Source: Deltaproteobacteria bacterium (lineage in GTDB: Bacteria; Myxococcota_A; UBA9160; SMWR01). From it: 29,261 nucleotides of DNA. This document shows positions 7,572 to 16,054 of the stretch, in pieces. Within the stretch, counting starts at the first letter, position 1; each line of letters begins with the position of its first letter. Below the pieces are notes generated by a model. That model saw only the letters and a program-made list of their open reading frames with translations, made no database searches and had not been told where the DNA came from. Position numbers and translations under genes: made by a program. The stretch is taken from NCBI GenBank assembly GCA_032128115.1, contig JAQBHB010000027.1, positions 1 through 29,261 on the forward strand, read 5' to 3'.

Positions 7572-8006
7572 ATGAGCGAGATCCCAATGACCGAAACCGC
7601 CCTAAAAATCAGTCGAGATTTCGTCCGTGACCGCAAAGCGTCCTTCCTGCTCTGGTGGCTGCCCGCACTGCTGATGATCGCGACCGGCCCGCTAGGCTTC
7701 AGTCCCGAGCTGCACGGGTCGATCTGGGCTTCATGCCTCGGCGTCTTCGGCTTCGGCTGCCTCGCAAACGCGCGTCGCTGCGGCCGCCTGCACTGCTTTT
7801 TCACTGGCCCCTTCTTCCTGGCGATGGCCCTGGTCTCATTGGTGCATGGCTTTGGCGTGATCTCGATCGGCAGCTACGGATGGGCATGGATCGGGGGAAT
7901 CACCCTGGCTGGGGCGTCCGCCCTCACGATCCTGCCCGAGCGGATCTGGGGGCAATACTCGGGTGGCGTCGGCGAGGTCGATGACGGTGGGGCGCACTGC
8001 GGATGA
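7572..8006 (+). CDS. Four-TM membrane protein with CxxNxxRCGRxHC motif (uncharacterised, within mer operon)
   Basis: Four hydrophobic segments; GCLANARRCGRLHCFFTGPFFL; starts just after the merA stop. Confidence 0.75.
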   Translation: MSEIPMTETALKISRDFVRDRKASFLLWWLPALLMIATGPLGFSPELHGSIWASCLGVFGFGCLANARRCGRLHCFFTGPFFLAMALVSLVHGFGVISIGSYGWAWIGGITLAGASALTILPERIWGQYSGGVGEVDDGGAHCG

Positions 8007-8025
8007 ACGATGGGGAGGCTTGCCA

Positions 8026-8376
8026 GTGAAGAAGGAAACGCTCGCGACCAGTGGAGCCCTCGGGCTCTCGGTTCTGATCGCTTCGTGTTGCCTCGGCCCA
8101 GCGCTATTTCTGCTGTTCGGCGTATCCGTCGGGGCTTTGGGGGCGCTCTCGATGTTGGAGCCGTATCAACCCTATTTCATCGGTGCGGGTGTGCTGGCAT
8201 TGGGCTTCGCCGGGTACCAGATCTTCCGGCCCGTCGAGGTGGACGCCGACTGCGGGGATGACGCATGTGCCCCGGACTCGCAGAGCCGCCAATTCACGCG
8301 CAGGTTCTTCATCGTGGCCGTCGTGCTCTTCGCGGTCGCGGCTGTCTACCCTTACATACTCAACGCGGTTTTGTAG
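8026..8376 (+). CDS. merT: Mercuric transporter MerT
   Basis: ASCCLGP in TM1, LEPYQPYF, cytoplasmic C-x4-C loop, C-terminal YPYI; GGGGAGG RBS before GTG. Confidence 0.9.
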   Translation: MKKETLATSGALGLSVLIASCCLGPALFLLFGVSVGALGALSMLEPYQPYFIGAGVLALGFAGYQIFRPVEVDADCGDDACAPDSQSRQFTRRFFIVAVVLFAVAAVYPYILNAVL

Positions 8377-8385
8377 GAGACTCCA

Positions 8386-8691
8386 ATGACACGACAACTC
8401 GCTTCCATAGCCCTGGCCCTCGTCTGCCTCTGGGCAGCCCCGGCCTTCTCCGAGCAAGATGCCACCCAGACACAGGTCTTCGCTGTGGAAGGGATGACCT
8501 GCGCCATGTGTGGCAAGGCCATCTCGAAGTCTCTGCGAGGAGTCGAGGGTGTCCGCGAAGTCCGCGTCGATGAGGACGCCGATCAGGTGACGGTGGTGTG
8601 CTCGTCCGAGATCGACACGGCCTCACTCAAATCCGCCATCGAGGCCGCTGGAAGCTACAAAGCGACCCCTGTTGAACCTGCTGACGGCTGA
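8386..8691 (+). CDS. merP: Periplasmic HMA-domain metal-binding protein, MerP-like
   Basis: Signal peptide; VEGMTCAMC HMA motif; follows merT. Confidence 0.8.
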   Translation: MTRQLASIALALVCLWAAPAFSEQDATQTQVFAVEGMTCAMCGKAISKSLRGVEGVREVRVDEDADQVTVVCSSEIDTASLKSAIEAAGSYKATPVEPADG

Positions 8692-8736
8692 GGCTCTCTC
8701 CCGGATCGGAAGATCGGGGAGTGCCGAGCCGCGATG

Positions 8737-9372
8737 TTAGGCGTCGGAATGGCTCGGGTCGGCTTTTCGAGCCTCCTCGATCGCCTCGCGACCTTCATTG
8801 AGAACGAAGGGCAGCATCGTGAGCGCGGCAATTGGGTCCGCCCACCACCAGCCAAACACGGCGTTGAGCCCAAGCCCGGCCAGCAGGCTCAGTGACAGGT
8901 AGGAGCACACGAAGGTCTCCTTGGCGTCAGCCACCAAGGCGCGGCTGTTTAGCGCCTTCCCGGTCCTGTGCTTGGCGAAGGCCAGGACAGGCATCACGAC
9001 CAGCGACACGGAGGCCAGAATGATGCCGACCGTGCTCGTTTCGGGAGGCTCGCTCTTCCAGAGGGTGCTGACAGCCTCAAACGCGATGTAGCCACCGAGC
9101 AGGTAGAACGTGATGCCCACGATCCAGAGGGCTCTGCGTTCGTGCGCCTCTGCCTCTTCTTCGGTCGCACCGGCCTGTTCCGCGCGAAGTCGTCGGTAGA
9201 GCGCCAGCGCAGCGATCGTCTCGATCACGCTGTCGAGCCCGAAGCCGACGAGCGCGATGCTCCCCGCCAGCCAGCCTGCGCCGATGGCGATCCCTGCCTC
9301 GATGACGTTCCAGAAAATCGTCAGGCGTTCGAGCCGGAGGGCACGATCGAGAAGGCGCGAGCGAGCTGCCAC
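8737..9372 (-). CDS. Cation diffusion facilitator-type transporter lacking the cytosolic C-terminal domain
   Basis: GSIALVGFGLDSVIE, SRALVADAKET and GWWWADP motifs; six TM segments. Confidence 0.85.
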   Translation of the reverse strand: MAARSRLLDRALRLERLTIFWNVIEAGIAIGAGWLAGSIALVGFGLDSVIETIAALALYRRLRAEQAGATEEEAEAHERRALWIVGITFYLLGGYIAFEAVSTLWKSEPPETSTVGIILASVSLVVMPVLAFAKHRTGKALNSRALVADAKETFVCSYLSLSLLAGLGLNAVFGWWWADPIAALTMLPFVLNEGREAIEEARKADPSHSDA

Positions 9373-9455
9373 TAGTTCTTGCAGGACTTGCGCCGCCCTT
9401 GAGGTGCCCCCTCAAGTCTAGAGGGGAGATGGCCGAACTTTCTTCGAGGCTACTC

Positions 9456-9487
9456 TTGACTCTAGCCTATAGTCTTGGGTCCATACT
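9456..9487 (+). promoter_or_regulatory. MerR-family (ZntR/CadR-like) promoter
   Basis: TTGACT - 20 bp - CATACT, with imperfect 22-bp dyad ACTCTAGCCTA|TAGTCTTGGGT. Confidence 0.65.
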
Positions 9488-9493
9488 CCCAAC

Positions 9494-9910
9494 ATGAGGT
9501 TCCACGAAATGAAAATTGGCGAAGTAGCCAAGGCGGCGGGCATCGGCATCGACGCGGTTCGGTTCTACGAGCGCCAAGGGCTGATACCGGAACCCGCGCG
9601 GCGACCCTCTGGCTACCGGATGTACTCCCCCGATGTGGTCCTGAGCCTTCGCTTTATCAGGCGGGCGAAGGAGCTTGGCTTCTCACTGAAAGAGATCTCA
9701 GAACTTCTCTCCCTTGAGACCGCCGCAGAGGCCACCGCCGCTGACGTAAAGACGCTGGCCGAGGCGAAGCTCGCTGACATGGAGGAGCGAATTCGTGCGC
9801 TTCAGCGGATGCGAAGGGCGCTCAAGAAAGCCGTGGGCGACTGTTCGGGCAAGGGGCCGACGAGCGGTTGCTCGATTCTTCGCTCCCTGGCCGATGAAAA
9901 GTGGCGATAG
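9494..9910 (+). CDS. Second MerR-family heavy-metal regulator
   Basis: MKIGEVAK...AVRFYERQGLI HTH; C-terminal C-x8-C. Start may be 9509. Confidence 0.9.
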   Translation: MRFHEMKIGEVAKAAGIGIDAVRFYERQGLIPEPARRPSGYRMYSPDVVLSLRFIRRAKELGFSLKEISELLSLETAAEATAADVKTLAEAKLADMEERIRALQRMRRALKKAVGDCSGKGPTSGCSILRSLADEKWR

Positions 9911-9912
9911 AG

Positions 9913-10330
9913 ATGCAAAAGGAAGCTGGGCGTAGCGCGCTGGCGGCGTTCTCGGGAGCAGCCGGATGGCTTATCCCGGCGTGGGGGTTGCCCGGTGTGT
10001 CTCTCTGCGTTCGCTGGCACGATGAGCGCATTGGGGCTTGGATTCGTGGCCACAGAGGCAGTCCTCACACCGCTAACTGTCGTGTTTCTGGGTGGAGCAC
10101 TTGCTGCGCTTGGGTTTAGTGCTCGGCGGCGGCGACGGTATGGGCCGTTGTTGGTTGGCGTGGTCGGGGCCGGACTGCTTGCCGGAAGCAAGTTCTGGCC
10201 AGCGCAGGTGTGGCTTGGCTATGGCGGGCTTGCTTGCGTTCTGGTCGGGTCGCTCTGGAACTCGCGAATCGTGGCGGGGCCGCGCTTGAGAGCGTCTGGA
10301 CCGACCCCGGATGCAACAGCAATTCAGTAA
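9913..10330 (+). pseudogene. MerC-like membrane protein, frameshifted
   Basis: ATG 9913 frame (MQKEAGRSALAAFSGAAGWLIPAW) must shift near the G5 run at 9983-9987 to join GCPVCLSAFAGTMSALGLGF...RRYGPLLVG...SLWN. Confidence 0.65.
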
Positions 10331-10344
10331 AGAGGAGAAGAATC

Positions 10345-10614
10345 ATGGCAGAGAGACGAGTTGTGGAGATCTTCAGCGCCGGATGCGGCGTCTGTGAAGA
10401 TGCGGTGTCGCTCGTTCAGCGATTGGCGTGTTCTTCGTGCGACGTTCAGGTGCTCGACATGGCTGACGCCTCCGTTGCAGGCCGTGCGCGTGAACTGGGA
10501 ATCAAGACGGTCCCGGCGGTCGTCGTAGATGGAGAACTCGCTAGCTGCTGCACTGGGGCTGGCCCGACTGAGGAAGCACTTCGACAGGCGGGAATCGGTC
10601 AGCCGCGCGAATAG
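10345..10614 (+). CDS. Small thioredoxin/glutaredoxin-fold protein, Cys-rich
   Basis: VEIFSAGCGVC, cis-Pro motif TVPAVVVDG, extra CSSC and CC; GAGGAG RBS. Confidence 0.85.
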   Translation: MAERRVVEIFSAGCGVCEDAVSLVQRLACSSCDVQVLDMADASVAGRARELGIKTVPAVVVDGELASCCTGAGPTEEALRQAGIGQPRE

Positions 10615-10624
10615 CGGACGAGCG

Positions 10625-10795
10625 CAACTGCGGCTGCGGCGAGCGCTGCCGACGTAGGGAGATTGACCGAGGCGAAGCTAGCGGACCTTGAGAAGCGTAT
10701 CCGAGCGGTTCAGCGAGTGCGACGGGCACCTTGGAACACTGAGCGTTGCAAGGGTCAACGATCAACGAGCGGGTACTCGATCTCACAGCCAGTTG
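10625..10795 (+). pseudogene. Decayed copy of the C-terminal half of the second MerR-family regulator
   Basis: Reads ASAADVGRLTEAKLADLEKRIRAVQRVRRA...GQRSTSGYSI versus ATAADVKTLAEAKLADMEERIRALQRMRRA...GKGPTSGCSI in 9494..9910. Confidence 0.8.
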
Positions 10796-10811
10796 GCCGG
10801 GAGCAATAACA

Positions 10812-11342
10812 ATGACGAAGACACCGACAGTCGTGTCGCTTGTCGCGCTCCTCCTTTTCATTTCGATTCCGTCTCTGTCAGGGGCCGAACTACTCGAAGG
10901 GGAGCTAGAGGTTTACGGAATGGCCTGTCCCTTCTGTGGCTTTGGGATCGAGAAGAAGCTCCGAGCAGTTCCCGGAGTGGCGGAGGTGACGATCTTTCTG
11001 GATGAGGGTCGAATCCAGCTTGCCTTCTCGCCGGGAAACGACGCCGTACCGGGCGACATCGAGGGTGCGGTAGAGAAGGCCGGCTTCAAACTCTCAACGC
11101 TTCTGCTGACGGTTCAAGGGGCGTTCGCGGAGGATGACTCGCAGCCAGTCCTAGTGGCGGGCACCAAAGCTCGATTCTTGCTTCTTGACGAGAAACGTCG
11201 AGAGGCGATCTCAGGCGAAGCGCTCCAGCGGCTTCAAGCTGTGGCACGAAGCGGGAGAGTGGTGGTAACCGGAACCGTAGTCGGGAAAGTCGATGGACTG
11301 CCAGCGCTTGTCCTGAGCAACGACACGGCGTCGAAGAGGTAA
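10812..11342 (+). CDS. Exported HMA-domain protein with additional C-terminal domain
   Basis: Signal peptide; VYGMACPFCGFGIEKKL HMA motif. Confidence 0.8.
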   Translation: MTKTPTVVSLVALLLFISIPSLSGAELLEGELEVYGMACPFCGFGIEKKLRAVPGVAEVTIFLDEGRIQLAFSPGNDAVPGDIEGAVEKAGFKLSTLLLTVQGAFAEDDSQPVLVAGTKARFLLLDEKRREAISGEALQRLQAVARSGRVVVTGTVVGKVDGLPALVLSNDTASKR

Positions 11343-11550
11343 GTCCGAAATGGAGTCTCCGTTTCGCGCCACCGTCGCGTCTGTTGTGACAGCGCTTCGG
11401 GGAGCTGCATTGCACCAGCATCGCTTGCGACTGATGGTGTGGAAATACGGCGGGTGTCAGGACGGCGTTGCAATCGGTTGGGTAGCTCTGTGATCTGTCA
11501 ACGCGACGCTTCTTGTGGTGCGGGTTCAGTCCGGTGAAGGAGGACGCGAG

Positions 11551-12504
11551 ATGAGAGTTCGCGTCCTCCTCCTCGCTCTTGCGGCCATTTCGGCAACAGG
11601 GTGTCGTGGACAAGTGACGCCCGGGCCGGCGTTCCTAGATTCTTGGGGAGAAGCGGGGAAGGGGCCGGGGCAACTTTTTCAGCCGACGGGAATCGCCGTG
11701 TCCAAGGAAGGCACGGTCTTTGTGGCAGACACCGGCAACAATCGAATTCAAGCGTTCACATCCGCTGGCCAGTTCTTATGGCAATTCGGGCAGTCTGGCG
11801 AAGCTGCGGGCGAGTTTCACCGTCCGATGGATCTCGATCTGGACAGCAACGGTCTTCTCTACGTTGCAGAGCTGGGCGGCGATCGCGTCCAGATCTTCAC
11901 GCCGAAGGGCGAGGTAGTCAGGACGATTCGCGGCGATGATACTCCCGCAGGTTCCTTTGACGGAGCCGCCGGTGTCCTCGTAGCTCCCAACGGCGACATC
12001 TACGTCGCCGACTTCTACAACGATCGGGTGGTTCGTTTTGGTCCCAGCGGGGCCTACCACAGTGTCCTGGGTAAACCGGGCCGGGTGCTACCCGGGCGTC
12101 TTCACTACCCAACCGATGTCGCGTGGAGAGGTGGAGAGATCGTGGTCGCGGATGCCTACAACAATCGGATTCAGGTCTTCACTCCACAGGGGGAGTCAGT
12201 CGCGAGATGGGGTGGCCCGTTCGGAAGTGGGCTCCCTGGGTCCGGTTCTGGGTCCTTCCGCGTCGCGACCGGGGTCGCCATCGACACGGCAGAACGCACC
12301 TACGTTGCGGACTTCGAGAACCACCGGATTCAGGTATTCGACCGGCGCGGCACATTCTTGACCAGCTTGGGCTCGCAGGGCCGGGAGCCGGGCCAGTTCG
12401 AGCGCCCTACGGACCTCGACTTCGACTCAGAGGGCCGGATCTACGTCGCCGACTTCGGAAACAATCGGATTCAGGTGTTCGCATCAATCCCAGCTCCCCA
12501 GTGA
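11551..12504 (+). CDS. NHL-repeat six-bladed beta-propeller lipoprotein
   Basis: Lipobox-like ATGC; six P.G.A.....YVAD..N.RIQVF repeats; AGGAGG RBS. Confidence 0.9.
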   Translation: MRVRVLLLALAAISATGCRGQVTPGPAFLDSWGEAGKGPGQLFQPTGIAVSKEGTVFVADTGNNRIQAFTSAGQFLWQFGQSGEAAGEFHRPMDLDLDSNGLLYVAELGGDRVQIFTPKGEVVRTIRGDDTPAGSFDGAAGVLVAPNGDIYVADFYNDRVVRFGPSGAYHSVLGKPGRVLPGRLHYPTDVAWRGGEIVVADAYNNRIQVFTPQGESVARWGGPFGSGLPGSGSGSFRVATGVAIDTAERTYVADFENHRIQVFDRRGTFLTSLGSQGREPGQFERPTDLDFDSEGRIYVADFGNNRIQVFASIPAPQ

Positions 12505-13367
12505 TGAAGGCGACCTGGGCCTCGTGTGCGCTACTCGCCTTCGTCCTTCCTACGACCGTGAGCGCCCAGGGTATCAACTCGAACGTTGCACTCCCGGTGG
12601 CGGAGGGCGAAGTGATCTGGCGCTCCCAGCTACGCTACGCCCAGGCCACGGATGACCCGTCCCCCCAAGACCGCGAGGTGCGGGCGCTGCTCCAGCCTCA
12701 AACGCTGGTCTATGGTCTGACGCCTCGACTCACAGCGTTCTCGACGCTTCCGATCTTGACTCGCCGATGGATCGAGTCGGACGCGGACGGCGTGCAACGC
12801 GACAGCGCCATCGGGGATCTAAAGGTATTTGGACGATTCACCTTCTTCGCCGACGACTACGCACCGCTTTCGACGCGCCGGGTTGCTCTGATCGCCGGTG
12901 TGAAGTTCCCCACGGGCTCGGATCGCTTCGGTACGCCTTCCTTCGATCCGATCCTGGGTGCGGTCGGAACCTGGGCAGCGAATCGGCACGAGTTGGACGT
13001 GGATCTGCTCTACACCATCGGAACGAAGCGCCACGGTTTCGAGACCGGGGACAGGATTCAGTACGATCTTGCGTACCGCTACAGGTTGTGGCCGAAGCGC
13101 TTTGGACGACGCCTGCTTCAAGTCAATGGCCTCGTCGAGCTGAACGGGCGCTGGGCAGGGAGAAGCCGCGAAGACGGAAGCACGCTCCGTGCAAGCGGTG
13201 GACATGTTCTCTTCCTCGCGCCGGGTGTGCAGATCGCCGCGTTGCGGTGGATCTTGGAGGCGTCAGTCCAGATCCCCGTCGCTCAAGATCTCAATGGGCC
13301 GCAAACGGAGACGGATTTCGTAGGCGTCCTTAGTGTTCGCATACCGTTTGAGGTGCCCTGGAAATAG
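12504..13367 (+). CDS. Putative outer-membrane beta-barrel transporter (MetA-pathway-of-phenol-degradation-like family)
   Basis: TGATG coupling to the NHL gene; signal peptide; IGD..V.GR, GVKFPTGS and GGHVLFLAPGVQ motifs; amphipathic strands. Confidence 0.7.
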   Translation: MKATWASCALLAFVLPTTVSAQGINSNVALPVAEGEVIWRSQLRYAQATDDPSPQDREVRALLQPQTLVYGLTPRLTAFSTLPILTRRWIESDADGVQRDSAIGDLKVFGRFTFFADDYAPLSTRRVALIAGVKFPTGSDRFGTPSFDPILGAVGTWAANRHELDVDLLYTIGTKRHGFETGDRIQYDLAYRYRLWPKRFGRRLLQVNGLVELNGRWAGRSREDGSTLRASGGHVLFLAPGVQIAALRWILEASVQIPVAQDLNGPQTETDFVGVLSVRIPFEVPWK

Positions 13368-13500
13368 TGTGTGGTTCAGCACGCCGGGGACGCTTGGAGC
13401 ACCAGCGCTCCGGGCCGAAACCAGGGCCGCACTTGCCCAGCACCGGGGAGACTGGGTGCTCTCGGCGCTAAGATCTCACCACCCCAACACGGAATCAGAG

Positions 13501-14082
13501 ATGCCGCAGACCGAGGAGCAGAAAATCCGATCCCGCCTGCGAAGCTACGAGCGCAAGCTCCGAAAAGAGAAGGAGAAGTACGGCTGGTACGACGACGGCG
13601 CAGGCAAGCGCTACCAAGTCGGCCCCCACTACATGCTCCTAGATGACAACGACGGTGCCCTTGCGGCCTTCCAGTGGTTCGAGCACGAATTCCCTGACGA
13701 CGTTGGCGTGCCTGATCACTTCCTGTGTTGGAGTCTCGCTCTTCACCGTGCGGGCAACGAGATCGGCGCTGCCAAGAAACTTCGCCAGACGATGTTCAGC
13801 AACCTGTACCTCGTGCCGCGTTTGCTAGGCACGCCGATTGCCGCACTGGATATCTGGCACGGGTCTAGCGACGCCGAGCCGTCCTACGCTGAGCACATCC
13901 ACGAGCCGTATCTCGCGCTCTGGACCGAGGCTGAGCGAGAGTGGGCAGAGGGGCTCTACTACAGCCCGGGGTTCCAGTCGGCCCGCGAGCGATTCATCGA
14001 GATCACCAGAGCGCTGAACACTACGCGCCCCGGCCCGGAGCGGAGCCGTCTCGTGAAGGAGATGCACAAGCTGGAGCGGTGA
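13501..14082 (+). CDS. Hypothetical alpha-helical (TPR-like) protein
   Basis: Protein-like composition from ATG 13501 (YDDGAGKRY, FQWFEHEFPDD, QTMFSNLYL); function unknown. Confidence 0.7.
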   Translation: MPQTEEQKIRSRLRSYERKLRKEKEKYGWYDDGAGKRYQVGPHYMLLDDNDGALAAFQWFEHEFPDDVGVPDHFLCWSLALHRAGNEIGAAKKLRQTMFSNLYLVPRLLGTPIAALDIWHGSSDAEPSYAEHIHEPYLALWTEAEREWAEGLYYSPGFQSARERFIEITRALNTTRPGPERSRLVKEMHKLER

Positions 14083-14698
14083 ACCCGACTGCGGCCCGAG
14101 GCGGGTGGCCTGCTAATTGTCGTCACCGATTTCACCGGTCGCCCTCGTCCCGCTCGTGTCACTGTCCTTCAGGTCACGATGTTCACCAGATCCACCTGAG
14201 GCTCCGGTTCAGGCAGTCGCCCAGTAACGGTTGGCCGCGCCCCTGGCCCAGGTCGCCACCGTTCGCGCCGGGTTGTCGGATGGCTACGAACTCGTGCTAG
14301 AAGGTCGCGATCCGGCCGAGAATGCCCTTGACGGTAATATCAAGCTGACTTCCGTTTCTGTAGTCCGCAGGAGCAACGAAGTGGACTCGAACTTCAGAGA
14401 TCAGCTTGAAGACCTTCTCCTGCGCTTTGCCGCCGCTTCCGTCCTTGGGCCATTCCTTCGGGTCGAATACTGCGATCGAGTGACCTCCCTGAAGGCGAAC
14501 CATTGGCCGGCGCATCCAATCGAACGGAACCGCACCCCACACGGCACCGACGCCGGTCGGCGCTGAGGAACGGCGTCGGCGGCTATTGCCTCTCGTTCAG
14601 CCCGGCCCGCATCGAAGGCAGCGCCGCTGGAGGAACACTGGAGGAACGCTTGGTCCGCTCGGGCCGATGCGAATTTCCTCACGTTATCAATCGGTTAG

Positions 14699-15110
14699 CA
14701 ACAGTCCGTTGATCTCGGACGCGGGTTCGATTCCCGCCGCCTCCACCATTGCAAAGAATTCGAACCGCCGTCCGGGTCTTCTTGGCCGGGCGGCGGCTCG
14801 AGCAGCAACAGCGAATCGATCGAGGTCCGGGCCACCTAGTAGGGCCGCCCGATCTCCCCCTGGGTCGGCTCCAGCTGGATCTTGCCGAGGATCGATCGCA
14901 GCAGGAGCGTCGAGCGCTCGGTCCGCCTCTCGAGAACCTCTTGAATCTGTGCGAGGCGCTCGTCGATCCACTCGACCGGCGGAGTCTGAAACACCTTTTC
15001 TCGACTACTCCGCAGCCCGTCCAACTCCTCGCGGAGCGCGTCGACTCCGTGCTCGGTCTCGACCAGCGCCTTGCCAAGCGCCTGGCTTCCTCGCCCTTCC
15101 GGAACGTGAA
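14699..15110 (-). pseudogene. C-terminal remnant of a large serine recombinase
   Basis: GRGSQALGKALVETEHGVDALREELDGLRSSREKVFQTPPVEWIDERL...GRPY*VARTSID...GSNSLQWWRRRESNPRP: coiled-coil tail reading antisense into the tmRNA end, with an internal TAG at 14836 and no catalytic domain. Confidence 0.65.
14715..14748 (+). ncRNA. ssrA: tmRNA 3'-end fragment (island attachment site)
   Basis: TCGGACGCGGGTTCGATTCCCGCCGCCTCCACCA gives a T-arm plus an Ala-type acceptor strand ending CCA; no 5' portion upstream. Confidence 0.85.
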
Positions 15111-15265
15111 GCCGTTGGCAGGGCGGCGGAATGATCGTGCGCTGGGTCAGCGCAGCCGTGCTCGAAGCTCAGAAGCGGTTCCGGTACATCCGAGGCCACA
15201 AGGAGATGGATCGACTCATCGCCGCACTCGAGCGGGTCGAGCAGGAGCCGGAGACCGCAAACCAG

Positions 15266-16054
15266 TTATGACGATTCCCCTCCGGATCCGGCGCGCGCGT
15301 CGAGTGCCCCCTGGAGCGCAGCCAAGAGCCGGTCGTTGTCCGCTGGTTTTTGGAGATAGTCGCATGCGCCGGCTTGAAGCGCGCGGGGGCGGTTCACGGC
15401 CGGGTCGCGGGCACTGAGGACCACGACCGGAACCGTGGCCAGCTTCGGATGTAATTTCAGTCGCTCCAGCATCACGAATCCGTCGCCTGCGGGCAGACCC
15501 AGGTCGAGCAGGATCACGTCGGGCCGACGCTCGATCGCCGCCTTCATTGCCATCAGCGTGTCTTCGGCAGTCTGGACATCGTAGCCGCTGGCCCGGAGGC
15601 GGATCGCCAATCCCCTTCTCGTGTCGGCGTCGTCTTCGACCACCAGGATGCGCGGCAGGTCAATTTCATCCGCGTCCGTTCCGGACTCAGAAGCCAGATT
15701 CTGCCGGATACACGTGAGAAGGTCGTTCGCGTCCACAGGTTTCGACAAAAATGCCACTGCGCCTGCCCTCAGCGCCCGCTCCTTGCAATCCTTCCCGTCG
15801 CGTCCGGAGAGCACGATGACGGGTATGGACTCGGCCGCAGTTCTCTGTGCCAGGCGCTGCAATACGGTCATACCGTCGCCTCCGGGAATTCCCAGGTCCA
15901 ACAAGATCATCGCAGGGCGCTCCCGTTGCGCCAGCGCGACACACTGCAGGCCATCCTCAGCCATCAGCGCTTCGAAGCCCGCAGCCTCGATTCGGATTGC
16001 AAGAGCCCGCCTCGTGTCGGAATCGTCCTCGACGATCAGAACTTTCTGCTTCAT
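15266..16054 (-). CDS. Response regulator with two tandem receiver domains
   Basis: Two VEDD...ILLDLG.P.GDG...VLS...KP units; no output domain. Confidence 0.92.
   Translation of the reverse strand: MKQKVLIVEDDSDTRRALAIRIEAAGFEALMAEDGLQCVALAQRERPAMILLDLGIPGGDGMTVLQRLAQRTAAESIPVIVLSGRDGKDCKERALRAGAVAFLSKPVDANDLLTCIRQNLASESGTDADEIDLPRILVVEDDADTRRGLAIRLRASGYDVQTAEDTLMAMKAAIERRPDVILLDLGLPAGDGFVMLERLKLHPKLATVPVVVLSARDPAVNRPRALQAGACDYLQKPADNDRLLAALQGALDARAGSGGESS

Noticed and set aside
11350..11493. 47-aa ORF between the HMA and NHL genes
   Set aside because: No recognisable motif or clear RBS.
14380..14748. Intact tmRNA or tRNA gene
   Set aside because: Only the T-arm and acceptor 3' strand are present; no matching 5' end upstream.
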